From NCBI RefSeq assembly GCF_006345805.1, contig NC_043005.1, positions 8,184,001 through 8,248,000 on the forward strand: 64,000 bases of DNA. The letters run 5' to 3'. The position numbers and the translations under genes were made by a program. The notes beneath the pieces are model-generated. The model saw nothing but the letters and a program-made list of their open reading frames with translations. It was not told the DNA's origin and searched no databases. This DNA comes from Octopus sinensis (Eukaryota). Below, in pieces: positions 39,098 through 52,729 of the stretch; the first letter of the stretch is position 1; each line of letters opens with the position of its first letter.

Positions 39098-40084
39098 CAT
39101 CATTCGTTCTTCTTTGTTATATTTTCATTACTTTTGCGGTTGCCGATCATACTTTAATTCTCTTATATTCACCTTGCGTATGTTTTAGTATGTGTTGCTT
39201 AAAATTTTTTTTCCTGCAGCCTCCTGCTCTCCGTTCTGTCTCTGATACTTTCTCCTTCGTGGGTGCTGAGCAATACGTCAATTTCCAGGAAACAAGCGTT
39301 AGAATGACATTCATGATACATTACTGATGCTGTCTGTAATGGAAAACAACTGATTGTTAACAGAATGTTGTCTTAACATGAAGCAACGACCGATGAAATA
39401 TTCGTTTCAGTTAGAAGGAAAATATCCTAATTTATTTCTTTCGCTATAGACTACGTTCTATAGTTCCTACCCTTGTTTGAGTCTGGTTACTCATGTCAAC
39501 AACTGGCCAAACATAAAACTGACGATGAAAACAACACTGATGCTAATACTAATACCATGAAATATCTTCTACATTGATGTCATGTCCTGATAGAAATAAC
39601 AGTTTCCCAAATGATTCTGCCACCTTAGACAAGAATGTCATACTATTTAAAAAGGTTCAGAAAGCAGGCTGCACTGACTGTTTATACAGACAGGATGGAT
39701 ATGGTTTTAAACCCGTTTACTATAGATTTACTCGATTAGACCTGTCCTAGGGCTAAACAGCATATAATAGTAACAACAATGTTTCTTACAACGCCAGAGA
39801 AAATCAGTTTAATCAGAAGGACATCGTTCAAAGTTCGGTCCAATGAGTGGCGCATTGAGTGTCTTCTACAACTGCAGGTTGACTAATATCATGTGAATGG
39901 ATTCTTGGAAACTGAAACGGCACCCATCTTCGTCGCATATAAACATAAGAGAGAAAGCCTAAGATCTATGCTGTCCTCTGTCAATGTCATCTTTAGAAAT
40001 GTAATAAACCAGTGATTGCGCTGTGAGCAACACAAACTTTATACAGTTTATGTAAAAATAAAGGAATGAGTAAAATAATATGCT

Positions 40085-40480
40085 CTCTTTTACTCTTTTA
40101 CTTGTTTCAGTCATTTGACTGCGGCCATGCTGGAGCATCGCCTTTAGTCGAGCAAATCGACCCCGGGGCTTATTCTTTTGTAAGCTCAGTACTTATTCTA
40201 TCGGTGTCTTTTGCCGAACCGCTAAGTAACGGGGACGTAAACACACCAGCATCGGTAGTCAAGCAATGTTGGGGGGGACAAACACAGACACAAACATACA
40301 CACACACACACATATATATATACATATATACGACAGGCTTCTTTCAGTTTCCGTCTACCAAATCCACTCACAAGGCATTGGTTGGCCCGGGGCTATAGCA
40401 GAAGATACTTGCCCAGGGTGCCACGCAGTGGGACTGAACCCGGAAAACCATGTGGTTGGTTAGCAAGCTACTTACCACAC
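40085..40480 (-). mobile_element. SINE family A
   Basis: Reverse complement of consensus. Confidence 0.9.
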
Positions 40481-40597
40481 GAGTTACGATACGTCGTTTG
40501 GTATCCATCTAATTCTGGTACGAAAACAATATAGACAAAGCAGGAGGAGCGCAGTAGCATCATGACTATGCTGATGACTTCTGTGAAAAACTTATAT

Positions 40598-40905
40598 GTG
40601 GAGGCACATGGTCTAGTGGTTAGATCAGTGGACTCGCGGTCGAGGGATCGCGGGTTCGAATCTCAGACCGGGCGATGTGTGTGTTTATGAGCGAAACACC
40701 TAAGCTCTACGCTACTCCGGCAGAAGGTAATGGCGAACTTCTGCTGCCTTTTTTTTTGCCACAGCTTCCTCTCACTCTTTCCTTCTGCATCTTGCAGCTC
40801 ACCTGCGACGGACCGGCGTCCCGTCCAGGTGGGGAACCTATACGCCAAGGAAACTGGGAAACCGGCCCTTATGAGCCAGGCATGGCTCGAGAAGGAAAGA
40901 AGGAA
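40598..40905 (+). mobile_element. tRNA-derived SINE sharing its head with family B but with a different 3' tail
   Basis: TGTGGAGGCACATGGTCTAGTGGTTAGA..GGTTCGAATCTC (A/B boxes). Ends GGCTCGAGAAGGAAAGAAGG. Confidence 0.8.
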
Positions 40906-42006
40906 TGACTGCATATCTGTTTCAAAGAATACAGCGCAACGTATCTATATAATTAACCAGAAGGTCAGAAGAACGCTTCCACGTATATTAGCTACTCTTT
41001 AAAATACGTAATCGTAACACCTACATGGAACCAATTTTGCGTGTCTCTTCTCTCACTATCTTGCATCATAATCACAACATATTTACACACCTTGTCGTTG
41101 TTACTCGCAGAAACACAGTAAACGGAATCTCTTTCATAAATATCCAAGAGAGCAAATGAACTGCAAGTAATAGATTTAAGCTTCATAAAAACCAGCAACA
41201 CTGAACTAATCATTATTAAACTAATGAGCAACACTAAACTAATAGCTGCGAAATTACTCTCAAATTACACATTACCAGTTTAAATAGGAAGGATACCTTG
41301 GATAAATTGACTCTCGATGCTCTCTCTGAAAACAAAAATGCCAAGATGGTCACAGCTGTTATATGTCTGCTTGGCAAGGACTAACATGACGCTAAAGAAC
41401 AACATAGGAACAGTAACATATATAACCAGCAAAATAAATAATGAGAAAGCCTGAATGTAATTGTTCGGGCGTCTATAAATAATAAATAAATCTCCCTTGA
41501 AACAAATTCTACTCCATTAAGAAAGACATATGATAGTGTTTTTATGTAAATTATTCTAGAAAATCAACAAATGGATAGTCACAGCATGAACATCAGTTTG
41601 GGGTTAAATACAGCTACAACATCATTATACTAGAATCTAAAAACATACCCAACAACACAAATTTAAAAATTTTAAACCGAAACATCTAGTTCGATAGCAC
41701 TTTAACAACCTAATCCTATTCATGGGGAAAATAAAATTAGCAGTAAACTTATCAAGGAAATAAGATAAATAAATCAAAAAGCTAAATTAGGAAAACGTAA
41801 TTTAAACAGAAAAAAGTGATACACAAGCACGCATACAAACACACACACATATACAAATATACATAACCATACATACGCATACATGCACACACAGACAAAC
41901 ACACATATATATACATACAGGCACATATTTTGTATTTAAACCAAAACCTCAAACTTTCACTTCCGACAGGGAGCATATATTGCTTTACTTACGTTTTTTA
42001 AAATTT

Positions 42007-42400
42007 TTTACTTGTTTCAATCATGTGACTGCGGCCATGCTGGAGTACCGCCTTTAGTCGAGCAAATCGACCCCAGGACCTATTCTTTGTAAGCCTAGTA
42101 CTTATTCTATCGGTCTCTTTTGCCGAACCGCTAAGTTACGGGGATGTAAACACTCCAGCATCGGTTGTCAAGCGATGTTGGGGGGACAAACACAGACACA
42201 CAAACATATACACACACATACATATATATAAACATATACATATATACGACGTGTGTCTTTCAGTTTCCGTCTACCAAATCCACTCGCAAGGCTTTTGTCG
42301 GCCCGAGGACATAGTAGAAGACACTTGCCTAAGGTGCCACGCAATTGGACTGAACCCGGAACCATGTGGTTGGTAAACAAGCTACTTACCACACAGCCAC
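42007..42400 (-). mobile_element. SINE family A
   Basis: Reverse complement of consensus. Confidence 0.9.
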
Positions 42401-42707
42401 GAAATTTCAAAATTACCAACATACAATGAAATATCTGAAGACTGAATGAATTATTGTAATCGCTATTAACTTCAACTACTGATATGAACATAATCTGGAA
42501 ACAGGTTTTATATCTCCATTATACATACTATGACAACAAAAAGCCAAATAAAGCCTCCCTATTCTTCAATGTACACCTTGATAAATCATGAACAGACTTA
42601 CATTCGACATTACTAATCTGTATATTACTAATCCAGAACAAATAAATACATTACACATTTTACGAAAGAAATATATGATGGATTTTAACAACAAAGTAGT
42701 AATGATA

Positions 42708-42940
42708 AGGCGGCGAACTGGCAGAAACGTTAGCACGCCGGGCGTAATGCTTAGCGGTATTTCGTCTGCGTTACGTTGTGAGTTCAAATTCCGCCGAGGT
42801 CGACTTTGCCTTTCATCCTTTCGGGGTCGATAAATTAAGTACCAGTTACGAATTGGGGTCGATGTAATCGACTTAATACCTATGTCTGTCCTTGTTTGTT
42901 CCCTCTGTGTTTAGCCCCTTGTGGGTAATAAAGAAATAAG
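42708..42940 (+). mobile_element. SINE of a further family
   Basis: GGCGGCGAACTGGCAGAAACGTTAG head, GAGTTCAAATTCC B box, central GCCTTTCATCCTTTCGGGGTCGATAAATTAAGTACCAG core. Flanking direct repeat AGTAATGATAA. Confidence 0.75.
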
Positions 42941-43636
42941 TAATGATAACAACTTACTATTCCATTTGTACTATTCTCTAATACACGCTTCAATATACCC
43001 TCCTAAAGAAACAATACAAAACGTTGACCAGGAGACAATTTCTAAGGGATGAAGCAAACCTACACAACAGAGAGTTACAATCTCTCACATGGATTTCAAC
43101 AAAAACCCCTCTCTTACCAAATGATTTTATCCTATAAACTACACATTTTTCCATGACTACAACACACAAAAGCTCTCATATAAAAATCCTCCAATGCTAC
43201 AATACCAATCACCTAGCAACATGTTACCATGACAATATACATACAGCAGCAACTACCGAATCCATGATCCGTCTCTTTAGAAGAATATCAAATATTTTCT
43301 GACAGTATCAAATATATATATAAACATCACAGTGTGCAGTATAAACATACCACATAGAAAGTACAAACATACTTGTGGTTACACGTATCACATCTACAGC
43401 ACTAATTGCATACAGAGCGTAATAATGCAATGCAAGCGGAACATATACAAATATACTTAAATCTCTCTAAGGACTGCATTTTAGTGACACCTTAAAAGAT
43501 AAAGTAATAGTGGAGAACAAAAATTTACTATGATAATTATAGACTATATCAGCCGTGTAGTCCACAAAATGAAAATAAGTTAAAACTATTCTGGCTATTT
43601 TGGTTGCGCACTAAATGCTCTCAAAATCTATATATA

Positions 43637-44038
43637 GGCGCAGGAGTGGCTGTGTGGTAAGTAGCTTGCTAACCAACCACATGGTTCCGGGTTCAGTCCC
43701 ACTGCGTGGCATCTTAGGCAAGTGTCTTCTGCTATAGCCCCGGGCCGACCAATGCCTTGTGAGTGGATTTGGTAGACGGAAACTGAAAGAAGCCTGTCGT
43801 ATATATGTATATATATATGTGTGTGTGTGTGTGTGTTTGTGTGTCTGTGTTTGTCCCCTAGCATTGCTTGACAACCTATGCTGGTGTGTTTACGTCCCCG
43901 TCACTTAGCGGTTCGGCAAAAGAGACCGATAGAATAAGTACTGGGCTTACAAAGAATAAGTCCCGGGGTCGATTTGATCGACTAAAGGGGGTGCTCCAGC
44001 ATGGCCGCAGTCAAATGACTGAAACAAGTAAAAGAGTA
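43637..44038 (+). mobile_element. SINE family A, full length
   Basis: Near-identical to 36304-36719. Confidence 0.9.
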
Positions 44039-44759
44039 AATGAGTATACAACAAAGCAAAAGTTCTAAATCGCCGATCATGGTCAATATATATTGCAGAA
44101 AATAGCAGTTCTAACGGTTCCTATCATCTCATGCACTGATTACTCTGAAACCTTAGAGACATCTACAACATCACAGAACATTAAAACCGTAGCATTCTAA
44201 GATCACCGTGTCCATAACACCTTAAAATTACCATTAGAATTACATGTTTCGTTCCATACCCTCTCTTTTTCTCTTTCCTTCATATCTTCATCACCTGTTC
44301 TTCCCTCACGTTTCCATTCCCCCTTTTCTTTCATCTCTCCCTCACTCTCTCTCCTTCTCTTTCGTATCTTTCTCCTTTTCTCGCCTATCTTTCCCTTCCT
44401 TTGTCTCTCGCTAACTTTACCTCACTCCTTCTCATCTCTCCCTCATATATTTCTCATTTTCCCTCCTTCTCCTCACTCTGTCTCTCCCCTTCTCGCATAT
44501 TATCTTCATTCTCTTCTCTTTCCCTCACACTGTCTCTCTTTCTATTCTCCTTCCTCTCCCTTTCTCTGTCTTCCTATCGTTCCATACCGCCCTTTCACTT
44601 TCCTTCATATCATCCTCTCTTTTTCTTTCTCCCTATCGCTCCAGACTCCCTTTTCTTTTCCGTCCATCTCTCTCTCTTTCCCTCTCCCTCTCTCTGTCTT
44701 TCCTTTTTCTCTATCTCCCCTTGTTTCCGTCACTTCCTCTCCCCCTCTGGGTTTAGAAA

Positions 44760-47700
44760 AAGAAGATGGCACCGAGGAACTGAATCTTCTGTTGCGAGCA
44801 TGGTCAATGGCTAGCAGCGATCCTCCAAACAACATCATTACTGCTGCACTGAAGGACAAGGGTTTATGTAGAGCCACTACGCAGAGAGAACGGAGGAAAT
44901 TATCCGATCGTATGCCTTTATTAGACCACACGTTGACACTCTTGATGTCAGCATGGGAGACAACTGTGGCAAAGCTGATAAGAATAGGGACGTTAAAGCA
45001 ATAACCTGATGTCCCTCTGATCCAGTGGTCCCACAAAAGAATAGATCCCACACGCCTGTGAACAACCATACTGGTAAGGATAAGGAAGATGAAGAAGCAA
45101 CAACCAGAAGTCCCTCTGTGCCAGTGGTCCCACAAAAGAATGGAGCCCTCACCCCTATGGGCAACCAGAGGTATGCAAGGGCTACCACCAGTAAAGGAAA
45201 GAAAGACCACAGGCAAAATCATAAAAAAGAAAGAGAAGCGGAAGGAAAAGGAAAAGATGAAACAACTAAAACTAAAGCCGAAACCCCAAACCATCAAACT
45301 AAAAAACAAAAACGCCAAAATATGGAGGTTCCAAGGGAATCTTCAACTCTAGAAGAGAATAAAAATTTGGAGTGAAGATGAAGAAGTGAAAATGTTGGCA
45401 TGGACAAGACGGTACAAACTTCCGGTTTCCTCAACCGAGACGCCGCCAAAACTGTTGGGGCCTTCAGGAGAAATACTTTCCAGAAGGTAAAGCATCAGTT
45501 CTCTTGAAAGATAAAATATGCAGATGCTCTGTGCTCTTCAGATGTTATGCAAAAAGCAGTAGCTGAGCAAGAGACTTTTTTTGTGCATGGCACAAAAGAT
45601 TGTGCAGCAGCTGACCTGGCTACATCAAGCTCAAACACGGAACCTTGCCCACAAGTGCGGAAGAGCACCACAGTCAACAAACACGGGATGACCTCCCCTA
45701 ATGCCAGCACAGTCGTTAAGCCAATATGTTTACTAAATATTGGAGGCCTGTTGCATGACAACAAAAATCAGACTCATTTTTCTGAGAGACCATGTTGAAT
45801 GCACTCGTCTGAGGCCTGATATAGAGAATCCAGAACACGTAACAAAATATATCATACTGCGACAGACGGAAGGGAAAGGAGTCATGGAAGAATTGCTGCA
45901 CACATCCGCGAGGACCTCACATCACAGGTACTACAGTCATACACAATTTCAGAATGTGACACTCGAGTTGCGTAAATAAAACAATACAGTATACTTTCAC
46001 TTGTTTCAGTCATTTGACTGCAGCCACAGGAAACCCAATGAGGATAAGTGAAATATTAAATGAGCAATTCAAATATGTTTTAACTCCACCCACAGGACAC
46101 TTGCAAGTCAACAACCCAACTGACTTTTTCGCCACTTCAGATATAAAAGCAGGTGCAGTGGTGATTGATTACATCAATATAAAAGAAGACGTTGTAATAA
46201 GGGCTATAGATGAGATGAACACGAACTCTGGCCCTAATTGATTCCTATCCATTTTTCTAAAATTATGTAAACGAGTCCTAGCAAGACCACTGTAGTCTCT
46301 CTTCTAGAGTTTCCTTGCAACTGGCAAATTTCCAAGCAAGCTGACGGAAGGCAAAATATGCCACATTCATAAAAGACGTAGCAGAGCAGAGACCAAAGAC
46401 TACAGACCTATCTCTCTGACCTCGCACATCAGCACAGTCATGGAAGGAGTAGTCAGAAGAAAACACACCACGTTCCTTGAGGAAAATGACTTGCTGACTG
46501 ACACCCAACACGAATAAGCTGCCTGACTCAGCTCTTACAACACTATGACTTGGTGTTGAAAGAACTGTTCAACAAATCAAATGTGGATCTCGAATTTGCA
46601 AAGGCTTTTGATAAAATCGATCAGGGAATGTTATCACAAACTACGTGATTTCGGCATAGTCAAGAAATTGGGAGAGTGGCAGCATGACTTTCTGAAAGAT
46701 AGACGTCAAGCAGTAGTAGACACTAGTGCCACCTCTATCGACACGCAAATAGTGAATGGTGTTCCGCAAGGTACCGTTTTGGGATCACTGCTGTTCATAA
46801 TGGACCTCTCAGATATGTCCCGAGCCACACAGAGCGCCATGATCACAAGTTACGCAGATGATACAAAAGTTTCACATATGATATAGAACACTGATGAAGT
46901 TATGCACCTGCAACATAAGTTAGATGAAATATACAAGTTGGCTACAAAGAATAGCATGCAGTTTAATGCTGAAAACTTTCAAGCCCTATACTATCAGCAT
47001 GCAAAACTAAATGCAATACCAATTAAATACACTAGACATGGAAGGATTGCAATCCCAGAGACACTCAATGCAAAACTTGGGTATTTAAATGACCAATGAT
47101 CCATCCTAATGTTGCTATGTTGGCAATGAAATGTAGGTGGCTGACCGGATTGATTCTTAGAACTTTTAAAACGTGAGATCAGGAAACAATGATGGTCCTC
47201 TAGAGGACATTTCTCCTAAGCCACTTTGACTATTGCTCCCAGCTATGATCACCAGCCAATGTGAAATTAATTGCAGAACTTGAGGCAATCCAACGAAGCT
47301 ACAGGAAGAATATAGCCTCTATGTAGCATATAAGCTACTGGGAAAGACACAAGAGCGTAGGCAGGAAAGATATGCCGCAATAAACATCTCGGAAGTTACT
47401 GGAGACACTTGTCCCAAGCTTTGGCATTGAGAGTTATACAAATGCTAGAACGGGGCACCATTGCATAGTGCCAAAGTCTCCAACATTGCCATCAAAATAT
47501 AGGGCAAGATATTGCAACAGACTGTGCTTTAAAGGTCCACAATACTTGAATATCCTCCCGAAGGACATGAGAGATCTGCGCGAGGTGGATGTGTTTTCAA
47601 AACAAAATACATCTCTTACTGTCAAGTGTCCCAGATGAACCAACTTCACAGCAGGAAGTGCAAATAAAGGCAGCGTCGTCAAACTCCCTCATGCACCAAA

Positions 47701-47812
47701 TGTTAATTTCGAGAAAGAATTAGTGAAGTGAAAATTGTGTAGCAACACCAAATGGTGAAGCCCCAGCGTGGCTACAGCTCGTAAGCTGAAACTAGTTCAA
47801 TACAATTCATAT

Positions 47813-47815
<3 letters not shown>
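44760..47815 (+). pseudogene. Decayed CR1/L2-group LINE (ORF1 remnant, start of APE endonuclease, RT, 3' end)
   Basis: CLLNIGGL (APE start), DYRPISLTSH, FAKAFDK, GVPQGTVLGSLLF, YADDTKV. Many stops and frameshifts; large internal deletion near 45960-46030. Confidence 0.85.
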
Positions 47816-47867
<52 letters not shown>

Positions 47868-48126
47868 GCATACAGAAATATATCTGTATATGTATATGTA
47901 TATATCTATAGATATACACACACACACAGAAACGCGCGCACACACACATACATACATATATAATTTATATGTACATATAAATTGTTACACTAGATAATAA
48001 TAGAGTCAAGAATATCTTCGCAAATATTTCCTCTTGAATTATTGCTCCGTATTGACAATATATACATAAATATATAAATATATATGGATACATAAATATA
48101 TATATATACATACATCATATATATAT

Positions 48127-48175
<49 letters not shown>

Positions 48176-49180
48176 CATATATACATGTATATATCTATAC
48201 ATGCATGTGTTTGTGCGTGTGTGTGTGTGTGAGCATGTGATGTATGTGTTGCATAATTGTAGACAGAGAAGCGAAATTATGTTTCCGCTGTCACAGTACT
48301 TATTTATTTTTAAGAATTACATCAAAGATTTCTAACCCTACCGCTGGTGTACAGTACTTCCTGTGTCTAGCAGAACTTATATTATCTCGATATTATGACA
48401 TCCGGTGTCTGTCCCTTATGAAGGTGACTATAATTATTTGTTTCTCTAAGAAGGCGAAATGAAATCACTGTTCTAACTTATAATTTATTTTATTCCGACG
48501 AGTTTCGGATATAAGGATAGAATTTGCTTTGAACTTAATAGAAGAATTATACGACCAGAAGACAATTCTTGACCATTTAACAATTGTTATTTCTCACTCT
48601 CTGTTTTTATAAAGTTTAATTAAATGTTATTTCTCTTTTATTAGGCGCATGTGTGAGCCATATACGTATAATATATGCCAAAAATCCTTAAGATATTTGT
48701 GCCTTTTGATATGTTTCGTTGGTTTGAAAATATTTGTAACTTTTACACTAAATGAGCTGATATCTCTTGCGGTAAGCTTACCTGTGTGTTAACGTTGACT
48801 GAGGAAAATATTTCCAATTATGGCATCCTCCCTCGAGTAGTCGTTTTAAAGGCATGTAAGACTACATTATCCAATGTATCCTTGCCATGAAATGCATGCA
48901 TTTTCACTTTTCAGCCCGTTTTTGGTTGGCATTTACCAATTCCTCTCTTCCTTGATGTAGTTCACATTCTACCAAATACATTCCAGCTTTGAAAAACTCG
49001 TGTTATTGGAGTTTTCTAGATCTATATTACACAATGTATATTTTAGTGTTTAAACGGTTAGTGTAGCATGAAGGCCATTTGACTGCGATTTCCAACGAAT
49101 GTATGACCACATGGAGACTTCTGGTTTGTATTCGAAGCGTTAAAATAAATAATACACAATAAACTCAATAGACTATTTTT

Positions 49181-49563
49181 GGAAGCACTCCGTCGATTAC
49201 GACGACGAGGGTTCCGGTTGATCCAATCAACGGAAGAGCCTGCTCGTGAAATTAACGTGCAAGTGGCTGAGCACTCCACAGACACGTGTACCTTTAACGT
49301 AGTTCTCGGGGAGATTCAGTGTGACACAGAGAGTGACAAGGCTGGCCCTTTGAAATACAGGTACAACAGAAACAGGAAGTAAGAGTGAGAGAAAGTTGTG
49401 GTGAAAGAGTACAGCAGGGATCACCACCATCCCCTGCCGGAGCCTCGTGGAGCTTTAGGTGTTTTCGCTAAATAAACACTCACAACGCCCGGTCTGGGAA
49501 TCGAAACCGCGATCCTATGAGCGCGAGTCCGCTGCCCTAACCACTGGGCCATTGCGCCTCCAC
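49181..49563 (-). mobile_element. SINE family B with 11-bp TSD
   Basis: Near-identical to 1896-2280. AGACTATTTTT at 49170-49180 and 49564-49574. Confidence 0.9.
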
Positions 49564-50711
49564 AGACTATTTTTAAACAAATAGAAAAAAGAAATAATGT
49601 TAATAATGTGATTCTCCTCTAATATGCATCTAATAAAGCTTTGGGCTTGATTATTTGTAATATTTTCACTACTAAAAATTACTACATTAGCGTAACACGT
49701 GGTAATCAGAAATAAAAGGTTAAGTTCTTTGTGAGGTATGTATGTTTGTCAGGTTAAGTTCTTTGTGAAGCAGGAATTCACTTTTTACCCGAAAATGTTC
49801 ATTTTATCATTAAATGCAATATGAAATAAGAACCTGACAAACCATAGACTACATATTATCGTTTAATAAATATATTACAGATGTTTAATTACATATTTTA
49901 GGATAGATATTTCTTTCAACCTGGAGTTTTAGTTACTCAAGGAGTGAAGTTTATCTTTACTCATTTGCTTGAATAACTTGCATCACAACAGTCTCTTTGC
50001 AGACAGCAACAATAGTCAGCCATTATGTTTGTGTTTCATCTGCTCTGATACCTAGTCACAATGGTTTCGATGTCTTGATAGAATATTTCTCCTTGTTTAT
50101 CACATATTGTACTATGACTTTCAGGGAAATAATCCAGTTGTTGGCTGTACTAGAAATGCACTTTTACATTCATGTCACAACCAAATGCTCGAAAACTGGT
50201 TAACACAGTCTGCACTAGTTCTTCATAATTTGATAACACCTTGTTTCCAAGGATATCAAACTCAACTGCATCAAAAGCATACTTTTTCAACCTCAGACAT
50301 TGTCTCCAAAACTGTTCGTTCTACAATAACCACCGAATCTGTGCCTCGTCAAACGCACCAAACTTAATTTTCTCACAAGTCAGAGCTGGAAATTTAATAC
50401 TTGAATCAGGTGCTGTCTCAGTGTTTTAACACATATTTTACACATTATTTAGGGTGCCCAGACTTTGTCTTGGTCACTCAGTTTCATTGCAAATAATTGG
50501 GTCTGCATTTGATGCTCAATAGATGGGTCTGCATTTGATGAAGCCAAATTGATTCTTACAAATGGTGACAGTACGGGTTATGTTAAAAGACAGACATTTA
50601 GGTTTGTGAAAAATCTTGATAAAGTAAGATGGACTTCAATTTTGAAATCAGCACCTCATTATTACTAGGAAATATGTCTCCAAAATCAGAAACAAAATCT
50701 ATGACCTACAG

Positions 50712-50743
<32 letters not shown>

Positions 50744-50748
50744 ATATG

Positions 50749-50874
<126 letters not shown>

Positions 50875-50928
50875 TATATACATGAGTGTGTGTGAGTGTA
50901 TGCATGTGTGTAAGTGTATATATAAATA

Positions 50929-50984
<56 letters not shown>

Positions 50985-52667
50985 GACGCACACACATACA
51001 CACATATATTGTAACATCACCTCTTATGTCCAGACGAAAGGCATATGTTCAGTAATTTTCAATATTCAGCAACGAAAATAACAGTACAACACTGCTGATT
51101 CTAAACTGATCCAATCTATAGAAAATTATATTAATCATATTAATTTTCACTTTGTAATGTTGCACCAAATCATGGACACAGGTGACGTACAATCACTTCA
51201 AAGGAACGATGATTGAAATTAAAGTTACAATTCAGATTTATATAGCCTGCTGTGTTTACATACTAATAGAAGTTCTAAACAGCGTATATTTTGATTGAAA
51301 ACAGTACAATCTATTATAATACATATTATTTTAATGTTTGACTCTTCGAACGGAAAATACCTTATATATTAATATCGGCATATGGAGCTATTCTAAATTC
51401 TATATATCGCAATATTAGAGGAGTAGGGCTTCTACAAATAGCATATTAAGACATCTCATAGCAACCTGCATATTAGGATGTTTATCTTATACACTAGTAT
51501 TAGTATAGCAGGAATAATAGCATATCTTACGTTATTAAAATAGTAACTGGAGTAGGAATAGCCCACGGTGTCACTTCTGCATCAAGAACAACTAGATTAG
51601 TGAGAGGAGAAAACATGGTATAATGAGCCATACTTTCCATAGACCAGAATAGCTTCTTGCAACTCACTGCCTTTCGAATAAGTTTACCTTCCTTCCATTT
51701 GTTGTCCAGAATTCAGCCATTAAAACTGTTGCTTGGTCTTCTCATTAAGAATGTTTTCTGGACGCCCCCAAAACGTAGATATAGAGGGAGAAGTCAAGAC
51801 GTCAAGCTAGAGTGGAGTCGAGTTCAGTAGACGGCCTCCGAACGTGCGACATAACAAACAATGAAATTCTAATTAATTAAAATTTCTTTTGGATCATTAT
51901 ATCATGTATATTAACCAACCTATATACACTTACTGTGTATAGCTTAAATCACGAAATACACGGACATATGTATAACACGGTATATTATACATGTTATATG
52001 TTCTACATTCGTTATGATTATTCATTGTTTTAGTCATCACGTATATGACCATCCCGGAGAAACCTCTTCGAATAATATATAATTATTTCCCAGCTAAAAG
52101 AAGCTAATTTTGTAATATTGTAATATTCATATGATCAGAGAAAAATTAGGAGAAATATACGACAAATAAGTGGATAAATCTGTATCATAAGATTATGGGT
52201 ATTTATAATTCAGCGAGGATAAGAACACATAATTGCTTATTGCTTGCTTGAAGGCTACACTGTTCCCAATATCCATGGCAGATTTTGTGAAGTAGAGGAG
52301 GGGTTTAACGGTTTCCTACAAAATCAGCTTTATTGATTTCTTTTGCACAAAGTTTTAATACTAGTAGCAGTAGTGATGGCAATAGTAATAGTGGATTTGA
52401 ATAAGTGTAGTTGTGGTAAATGTTCAGGTATTAGTAAAAATTATTATGATAGTAATGAAAATATTATGACAGAGGCAGTGGTTAAGTTAATTTCAATGCT
52501 TGATAGGAGACGAGAGGTAAATAATAGAAATGATACTGCCGATAGAGAGGATTATAACAATGTAACGAAGTTAATAATTGTAATACGTACTGTAAAAATG
52601 GTGACAGAGGTGCTGAAATGAAGATAAAAAAATACTGGCATATTATCTTTATTTTTTGCCTATTTGC

Positions 52668-52729
52668 AGGCTTACACTGATCTGTTAGGCCTGTGATCTG
52701 TCAGGCCTACACCGATCTGTCAGGCCTAT
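52668..52729. repeat. Three short tandem GATCTGT(T/C)AGGCCT units
   Basis: Direct inspection. Confidence 0.7.

Noticed and set aside
44260-44750. Ser/Leu/Phe-rich ORF 44401-44814
   Set aside because: Translation of a low-complexity CT-rich tract.
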